From contig OX597815.1 in NCBI GenBank assembly GCA_951406725.2, positions 35,216,001-35,280,000 on the forward strand: 64,000 bases of DNA, read 5' to 3'. Both the position numbers and the translations under genes were made by a program. The notes beneath the pieces were generated by a model. It did not search any database. It saw only the letters and a list, made by a program, of their open reading frames with translations, and was not told the origin of the DNA. Position 1 is the stretch's first letter, and each line of letters opens with the position of its first letter. Below are positions 55,501 to 64,000 of this stretch, in pieces. Source of the stretch: Octopus vulgaris (lineage: Eukaryota).

Positions 55501-56162
55501 CTTATATAGGCCATAGAGAAAGACGAAAACGACACCAGTGGGATTTAAACTCATAACGTACAGGATCAGAACGAAATACCACAAATCCGACAATTCGACC
55601 GTCCTGTTACCTCTTCTGTTCTAATAAGGGTTTCCTATACCAGCATTTAAGGGAGCAAATTAGCAGAATTGTTTAAGTACTAGACAAAATACCTTGTGGT
55701 ATTCGTCTCGATTTGACTCTGGGCCCTGATTTCAAATTCAGCTGAGACCAACTACATCTTTCAAATTTCTGGGGGCGATAAAAGAAAGCCCCAATCCTAG
55801 AAGGTGGATTGACAGAACTGTTAGAGGAGCAAGGTACAGGATAGACGCCACGTGGCATCTGTCCGGCTCTTTGCGAACCTGAAAGCTGCGCTTGCGGCGA
55901 CATTAATGTCCAAGTCTGCGACCTTTTCCAACGATAAACATTGCTGGCATCCGTATACATGTGCAGGGGAATGATCAACTTTGATCGACTGAGGAGTTCC
56001 TATACTTGACCGGTTCATATTTTATTAAAACCCAGAATGATAATAAAAGAAAAACTTGACATCGATGGAATTTAAACTCAGAGCGTAATGGAATATATCT
56101 AGCAACAGCAAGATATTAGTCTATAGCCCAACTCCTCCATGTCTTTAATATTTACTTAATAC

Positions 56163-56378
56163 AAGGCGGTGAGTTGGTAGAACAGTTAGCACTCTGGGCA
56201 AAATGCTTTACAGCATTTCGTCCATCTTTAGGTTCTGAGTTCAAATTCCGCCGAGATCGACTTTGGCTTTCATCCTTTCAAAGTCGATAAAATAAGTACC
56301 AGTTGATTATTGGGTTCGGTGCAATCGACTAACTCCTTTCCTGAAATTTCTAGCCATGTGCCAAAAATTGAAATCAAT
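56163..56378 (+). mobile_element. Meta-domain-like SINE
   Basis: GAGTTCAAATTCCGCCGAG..CTTTCATCCTTTC..GTCGATAAAATAAGTACCAG; the flank aatatttactt is repeated on both sides. Confidence 0.8.
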
Positions 56379-59223
56379 ATTTACTTCATAATAATTACTT
56401 TCTCTACAACCCTCTAACTCGCTTCTGAATATTCCTAGACTCAATTAGAACACGCAGAACATCTTACTAATAAGTATAAATTATTATTCTAGCGAGAATA
56501 ACATTCTAAAAATTACCCAACCCTTCCTTCGCTTGATCAGCAACTGACGGCGAGCTAAGAAATCTGTCAACTGGGACAGCGGAGATTTATCTATTTCGCA
56601 TGTGTTGAAGGTTCACCAACACCGACAACGGTACAAATTAATCAACTATAAATTAGATGGCTCATAAAGTTTCAGAGCATCTTCGTTCCCAAAGAAATAG
56701 GGAATCAACTTTCACGCAGTTCTTGATGATTTATTTTCCCTAAATATATTCATCCCAACAGTTCATTAATAAGGAATGTCCAATATCAAGATATGCCAGT
56801 TGGACATAAAGAAAGTTGTACTCTAAAGTATTTGCTAACTAGGTCATGCTGTGTTAGGTTGTTGTTGCTGTTGTTAATGACTGTAATGATGATGACCATA
56901 ATGATGACTCAGAAATTGAAAATACTTTCTCGAATAGCCATTTCTTTACTATCCCTTGGGGATTCTGGCGTAATCAAAGTTCGCTAGATTTCGAACGTTC
57001 TGCATCTCACAATGAAGCCAAAATGGCTCTTACATAGGTCACTTTTAATACATATCCTCCATATACGACTGCATAATGGCATCGAAATTGTCAAAGACTT
57101 TCCCATATATTTTCACCCCTTTCTCTTATCTTGACTTTTTCTTTCTTTTTCTTTTTTGATTTTTCATTTTTTCTTTCACTTCCATTCTGTTTCATTATTG
57201 TCTGTAATTTTTGTGCCTGCTTTTTCGCTCTTTTATTTAAAAAAAAAAATCACTTTACAAATTCAGCGTTGTGCGTACGCCACTGTTGAGCAAGATATTC
57301 AAATATCGATGACTCACATAAAATATATTATCTTTTATCTTATACTTGTTTCAGTCATAGGACCGAGTCATGCTGGGGCACATTGAAGGCTTTTAGTCAA
57401 ACAGATCGGATCCAGTGCTTATTTTTTTTACAGTCTGGTACTTATTCTATCGCCCTCACTTGCCGAACCGCTAAGTTACGTAGATGTAAACAAACTAACA
57501 CTGATTGTCAAATGGTGAGAGAGACAAACACACACATATACATATGATGTGTGTGCGCGCATGTGTGTATGCGGTGGGCTTCCACACAGCTTCCGTCAAC
57601 CAAATTTACCCACAAGGCATTTTGTCGGCCAGGGGTTATAGTAGAAGACACGTACCTAAGGTTCCACCTAATGCAACTGAATCCAAAAATATGTAGTAGT
57701 AAAGCGAGCTTGTTAACCACGCAGCCGTGTCTGCATCTGTCATATAAAATGTTTAATAAAAGAAATAACAAAACATTTGTTAAATTGTTGATAACTTTTT
57801 GAAGTATATGACAGTTTAGAAGAATATATTATGCTGTTAATTACATACGCTCTTAAGTTTTGCTGAGTGAAATTCACGTGATTATGTGACATTCATACCT
57901 TCCTGTATTACATTCACACTATAATGAAAATAAATGGTTTAAACTGAAACCGAACCACGAAGTGGACTTGCCGAAGATTTAAACTTTATGGCAGTTGCTT
58001 CGGTTACATTGATTTCTTATTTTGGCACACAGCCAGTAATTTCGGGGAGTAGCTAAGTCAATTACGTCCACCCCAGTACTCAACTGGTACTTATTTTATC
58101 GATCCGAAAGGATGAAAGGCAAAGTTGATCTTGGCGGCATTTGAACTCAGAACGTAAGAACGGACGAGATCCGGCGTGCTAACAAATTCTGTCAGATCGA
58201 CACCTTAATTGCTTCAGTAATATTACTTGTTACAGTGCTGTTGTAGGGCTATTCAGCTAAGATCGTATACTTTTCGTTGAAAAATCTTCGTCTATACTAA
58301 AATAAACCTTTAGACTATGTTTGGAAAGAAAAAAAATCAATATTCGAATATTTATTATATATAAAGGATGAGATTACCAGACTGTCAAGAACACGTCACT
58401 AATGCAACAGACTTGTTTCATACATAGACTTTACAGATGCAGATTATTAAATGTTGACGAAAATCGAAAAGTATTCTTCATAGAGTAGACTCACTGAATT
58501 ACAATGTTAAAAGTACAAGTTATCTCAGAATTCAATTAAGAGGGTACATCAACGTTTCAAAAGATTTTACATCATTTCTCTCAGTTAATATCCGTGGAAA
58601 CTAAAGAATTGAATAGCAAGAATGCACTTTAAAATTTTAATATGAGATAGTTCCTCACTTCCATTATGTAGTGAAACGAAATACGCAAGAAGCATGACGA
58701 TTTCTCAATTTCAGTAAATAATTAATAGCGTCAAAAATTAAAATTTTGGAACTCCACCAAATAATTAGTGTGTTTAAAAATTTAGTATATAAACTTCTAA
58801 ACTAGATTCCATATTTTCATTGGATATTTAGTAACACTTTCTGACTCATTTAATTTACTCATTACTTTGTTAAATAAGGTGGAATTTTCATGTTATTGTG
58901 TTTTTTGTTTCATTGTTTCCCAAGAGAAAGAACACGTTACTATTATCTATTTGCGGAGGATGGAAGGAGGGGGGAGATATTAATCTACTTGATATGAAGC
59001 TCAAAAGGTTGGAGTTTGAAGTTTCGTTGAAGCACAGCGAACAGACATTTTACAGTGTGTAATGTTTAATGTAAAATCTTGCACTATAGAAACACTCAGC
59101 CATACACGTGTATGAGTATGCGTGTATATATATATATGTGTGTGTGTGCGTATATGTATATGTTTATGCGTATAAATATGATTTTATGTATATATGTGTA
59201 TTATATATTTATATATATACACA

Positions 59224-59279
<56 letters not shown>

Positions 59280-60350
59280 ATGTACTTGAAATATTGATAG
59301 TTAGTACATCAAGCAATACATTAATACATAAGTATATGAAGAGAATTTCACAATGAGGTAATTTACTGAAATCACTAACTTACCTTTTTAGCGCAGCAGA
59401 TTTCAATCAATGACAAATTCAAGGAAGCAAGAGAAACAATTTCTAGAACATTTTATTTGTTCGGAAGTGGTTTTAAATTAACGTATAGCTGGAAAGAGAA
59501 TTTATCATGATTTGCACTGAATATTGTACTCCGTAAAGTGTTAAATAATTTAAATTATAGCAGATACAAGTTTCGTGATCAAACGTGAGTAGACATTGAT
59601 TTTTGAATCGAACCAGATTCCAATACCAGAACGATGAAATACACGGTGTCCATTATGGTTGTATGTATGACATGATATATTTTATTTAAATCGTGACGCA
59701 AGGCTTGGTTTCTCATTTCTATTTTATCGACGTTTTAAGTTCAAGGGGACCCCAATCAGACTTAAAACGTAATACATTCTTTCACTTTGTTTGAACCTTG
59801 GTTCCTGTCTTCGTTTCTGTTGTAAAGAAAAGTGCTGACAGAAAAGCATTTACGGACGTTGACATAGTTGCACAGTTAAGAAGTTCGCTTCGCAACAATG
59901 AAGTTTTGAGTTCGATACCGCTGCACAACAACTTGGGCAACGGATTTTTACATAGCCACGGACTGATCAAATTATAATGAGTAAATTTGTTTGACGGAAA
60001 AATTAGGGAAACAAATAAGAAGGACGGATCATGATTTGAGAAAGTAAACTTGATCTGTCGTCCGGTGTAACACCACCACGTGACACTTAGGCACATTTAG
60101 TGGAATTCCATTTTGTAACTAGTGTTTAGGCAATAACTTCTTCACTCCCTCTCAACAGTTTTGGACGCTGGAAAGAATAATAGACATTGTTCTTCGTCCT
60201 CTGACTGAGCCATACGAAATTAGAAACTTTTATTTGTTTCTAAATCTACGTGTATTGAAATACACGACAGAGGGATATTATCTTATATTTTGAAGATATT
60301 TCTCCAGAGTTTGGTTATTTTATGATATCATTTTGATCCAAATATGTAAC

Positions 60351-60384
<34 letters not shown>

Positions 60385-61238
60385 TGTGTGCGTGTGAGTG
60401 ACTATGTGTGTGTGTATGTCTATGTGTGTGTGTGTGAGTGTGTGCACACGCGTGTGTACATATGTATGTATATACCGGTCTAAACAGACAGACACGTTTG
60501 TCGACAGTATTTCTAGGCCGGGGTTATGCCTTCATTCCTTAAGAAAATAAAATTTTATCTACATAGCAGGAACTTAATTTCTTTAGAGATGTACTATTAA
60601 GAAGAGAAGTATACCTTATGTTTATACCTAGCAAACGTGATAAGCATAAATCCAATAAATTCAATGAAGATAAGAAATTGGAAAGGCAGCATAAGGTGGA
60701 ATGATGACAATGGTATATATAAAGTTGTAAGAGGACAAAAGAACGGGAGCTGGATGTGACAAAGGAATGGGACAATGGAAATGAGCAATGTCAAGGGGTC
60801 AATGTCACTCAAAACGAGTACATCATATAAGTGTAAATTCGACAAGAAAGAATCGGAGGTCAATACGCGCAGGCAATTAAGTGACTTTCAAACAGTTGCA
60901 GTGAAACTGTGTGGCAGAGACCGGCTCACAACAGTATAACGAAAACCTTAATACATCAAGAAAATAAATAAAAACTGAATTCAACATTGTTTTACGATTA
61001 TAAGATGCTAAAATTATTCTTCCACAATCCAGTTACTACTATTACGCACTCACACACACACACACACGCACACACATACAGAGAAAGACAGAGAGAATGG
61101 AAGAGACAGACAGACAGACATATACATAGATAGATAAATAGATAGATAGGTAGGTAGGTAGATAGATAGATAGGTAGATAGATAGATAGATAGATAGATA
61201 GATATATAGGTAGATAGGTAGGTAGGTAGGTAGGTAGG

Positions 61239-61305
<67 letters not shown>

Positions 61306-61405
61306 ATAGATGTGTATGGATATGTCGTCGATTACAATGATGAGTATTCTAACTCCCTGAATTAATGTGTGAAGTGGACAGACACGTTAACCTTTAATGA
61401 AATTG

Positions 61406-62319
61406 GGATCTTTTCCTTCTGATCGGCAGGTCGATAAATTAATTTTTTTTTAACTAAACACTTTCGAACTTCGGATACCGGGAGAGTTTGTTATACAGAA
61501 CATCTTTTACTCTTAGCGTTGTTGAGAAAAGTTTCTATTTAGTAACTTATTTCGTGTTAAAATTGTATTTCGGTAATTTCAACCATTCAATGACGTGTAT
61601 TCAGCTGAATAAAATTACTGTTGTTGTTTGTCAACAACTATTTCTGGCGGTGTATATTTCGTTTATCACTGTTATTTATGACATCGTTCATGCGTTTGTA
61701 CTGGTTTTAACTTTAGGGTTTTAGGGTTAGGGTTACGAAAAAAAGTGAAAAATGAAGAAATTGGAGTGAGATCCAAAAAATTCAGAATTCCGATTTTTGG
61801 CAATTTTCCGGAATCGTATCCGAAAAGTTGGGTTTTGGGCAAAAAAAAAAATTTTTTTTAAACGATAATTTGCGAGAAAATGGGAGGGGACGGGAGTAAG
61901 TCTTTCCGAAAATAGTAGCTGAAAAACAAGAAAAAAACCTAAAAGTAGTAGAAATGCACGAACGATTATGGTGGTGTCATGAAGTAAACGTGTTTCAGAT
62001 ACCTTCGTTTATTCATACGAACGTAACTGAGATGAAATATGTCATAAATAACAGTGACAAACGAAATATACACCACCAGAAGTTGTTGTTGACAAACAAC
62101 AGCAGTAATTATATTCAGCTGAATACACGTCATTGATTGGTTGAAATTACCGAAATACAGCAACTTCAACACGAAATAACTTTGTAAATAGAAACTTTTC
62201 TCAACAACGCTAAGAGTAAAAGATGTTCTATATGACACATTTTTCCAGAATCCGAAGTTTGAAAGTGTTTAGTTAAAAAAAAATTATTTATCGACCTGCC
62301 GATCAAAAGGAAAAGATTC
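61406..62319. mobile_element. Long-TIR MITE (~285-bp inverted arms), 8-bp TSD, internal TTAGGG, inserted in an old SINE
   Basis: 61406-61690 pairs with 62031-62319; ends GGATCTTTTCC / GGAAAAGATTC; TSD TGAAATTG / TGTAATTG; ORF track shows mirror peptides. Confidence 0.9.
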
Positions 62320-62494
62320 TGTAATTGTTGTGAATAACCAATGTACCAATGTAACACATGTGTTAAGGATGAACCTTTCAGTTACAGGTAAACTCCATCC
62401 AACGCATTTCCAAACATTTTCTATCAACCCAATTTCACTCATAAAACTTGTGTTGACGCAAATGACTTGTCCTAGATGGCCGTGGCTGCATTCA

Positions 62495-63290
62495 CTTTCT
62501 TCCCAAAAGATTTTGCTTCTACTATTCAGGCGTCTCAGGTTTCTGATATTCAACAGTGGAACTGACGTGATGTTTGGTTTGGCAACCACTGGGACAATCC
62601 TGGGTCTATCATTAGTGTTAGTTTTGTGTGTAGGTGTGCTTGGTTTTGGAATACTTTCACTTATAGCCATGACGGCTGGTGTTCCACCTTTTGTACCATA
62701 CTTAAAAATTTATTTTGTTCGACTGCTGCTGTTTGCACTGCATCTACATTTCGTTTTTGATGTCTGTAAATGTTATATGATGTGTCTACCCACAAAACTG
62801 TTGGTTATGGTCTTCTTCGGTGCATTTTTCTCCTCCTTGTTTGTTAAATGGGGAGTAGTTACTAGGTTGAGTGTTACTCAGTTTGAGCTTGGGATGAGCA
62901 TAGCGGTATTTTGCCCCCATTTCTCCGTGTCGGTAGACACCTTTTATGAAGAATCTACATATGGTTTGAGTTTCATTTACTGTTTTCCTGTTAACTTTTT
63001 TTTTGTTTTTTGTGGTTTTTTAAAACTTCATTTCCTCTATTTGTCTCCTGTACAATTCTTCACTAGATATTTATTGTGACAAGTACAATGGTTCAATATT
63101 GATTGTGATTGGTAGAGACTGAATAAATCTCAGGTTTTCTATTGGAGTATCCTTCTCCAAGATAAGCGTTCTGACAAGGAAGGATGAATCTAGCGTTCTT
63201 AAAGTTCTCATAGAGCTCTTTTTAATTACCTCGAGTGTTTCTATTTCTCCATGAACATTTCTTAGTTGTTTACCTTATGCTGGGTTCATC
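62495..63290 (-). mobile_element. Decayed LINE 5' region: ORF1 with CCCH-like finger and start of an APE-like ORF2
   Basis: ICRFFIKGVYRHGEMGAKYRYAHPKL (~62885-62965; C-x7-C-x8-C-x3-H with two Cys mutated to Tyr), then ITSVPLLNIRNL..NSRSKI resembling an APE N-terminus. Confidence 0.5.
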
Positions 63291-63655
63291 GACCGTTTTA
63301 GCAGACCTTGCTTTTTGTTCAGCTCTGTTTCGAGCCTGAGAAACCAGTTCAGAGAGCAGATTTAACTGCTGACGCGCCGACTATGTAATAGCTTGGACTG
63401 AATTGTGCGTTACTAGTACCACTGGAAGCAACTTGAAATAATGAATTTATACATACACATATACATACAAGGTCATGCGCGCACGTACGCAGACGTACAC
63501 ACACACACACACACGCACACACACACACACACACAGATATATATGAGCGTCAACATATTAATATTAACTGTGAACGTTAATATTACTTGGACTTTTTGTT
63601 GTTTTTGTTTTTTTAATTTATTTGATTTGGTTTATACATATACATATATGTATGA

Positions 63656-63720
<65 letters not shown>

Positions 63721-64000
63721 ATTTTTGGTTTTACTATGCTGTGAATTGTAATTAAGCGAAAACGTACTCAATTGCTGCTAGGCAGATTGGTGTAATATTT
63801 ATTTGAAGTCGAGTGTGTTTCAGTTGCTACCCAGAGTATGACGTTTCTATGCTTAGACGTGTGCTTTGTGTAGTTCTTTGTATGCACGTTTGTAAGCATT
63901 ATTCGTTTCTGTGTACGTTCTAGTGTGAGTGTGTGGTTCTGTATTGTTAACGCGTGTCTTTCATTGTGTATGTGTGTGTGTGTATGCGCAGTTTTATGTT

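Noticed and set aside
60770-60935. Short open frame MEMSNVKGSMSLK...
   Set aside because: Under 60 codons, weak splice signals and no recognisable motif.
61711-61735. Interstitial telomere or fusion scar
   Set aside because: Only three units, and they lie inside a MITE with a TSD.
62330-63079. 249-aa hydrophobic + strand ORF
   Set aside because: It is the antisense of an A-rich LINE remnant plus SINE fragments.
63320-63360. Hammerhead on the minus strand (gctct-CTGAACT...CTCGAAAC-agagc)
   Set aside because: The core GA and the NUH cleavage triplet are missing.

Overview
Eukaryotic, AT-rich and extremely microsatellite-dense DNA. The repeat landscape (tRNA-headed SINE families; TA/CA/CATA/GATA/TAA arrays) looks like an octopus or other coleoid cephalopod genome, which is an inference. 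Nearly all long ORFs in the track are microsatellite artefacts. The only host-gene signal is a phase-compatible chain of small + strand exons (1-33, 1582-1642, 1802-1908, 5335-5385, possibly ending at 8227-8241) for an unrecognised protein C-terminus. The rest is intergenic or intronic, with decayed mobile DNA: a Chapaev3-like transposon, mariner, a Helitron, two related MITEs with 8-bp TSDs and TTAGGG, and Penelope-like, R4/Dong-like, Tx1-like and CCCH-ORF1 LINE remnants, plus many SINEs. Best leads: (i) a (TA)n-tailed family with a minimal hammerhead-like motif and a shared non-canonical core; (ii) five Tx1-like 3' ends all inside (GATA)n, with a SINE sharing their tail; (iii) near-perfect fold-back elements at (TA)n tracts; (iv) head-to-tail gag/ORF1-only retroelement copies. 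All calls were made by eye, and family names come from motif recognition, not database searches.
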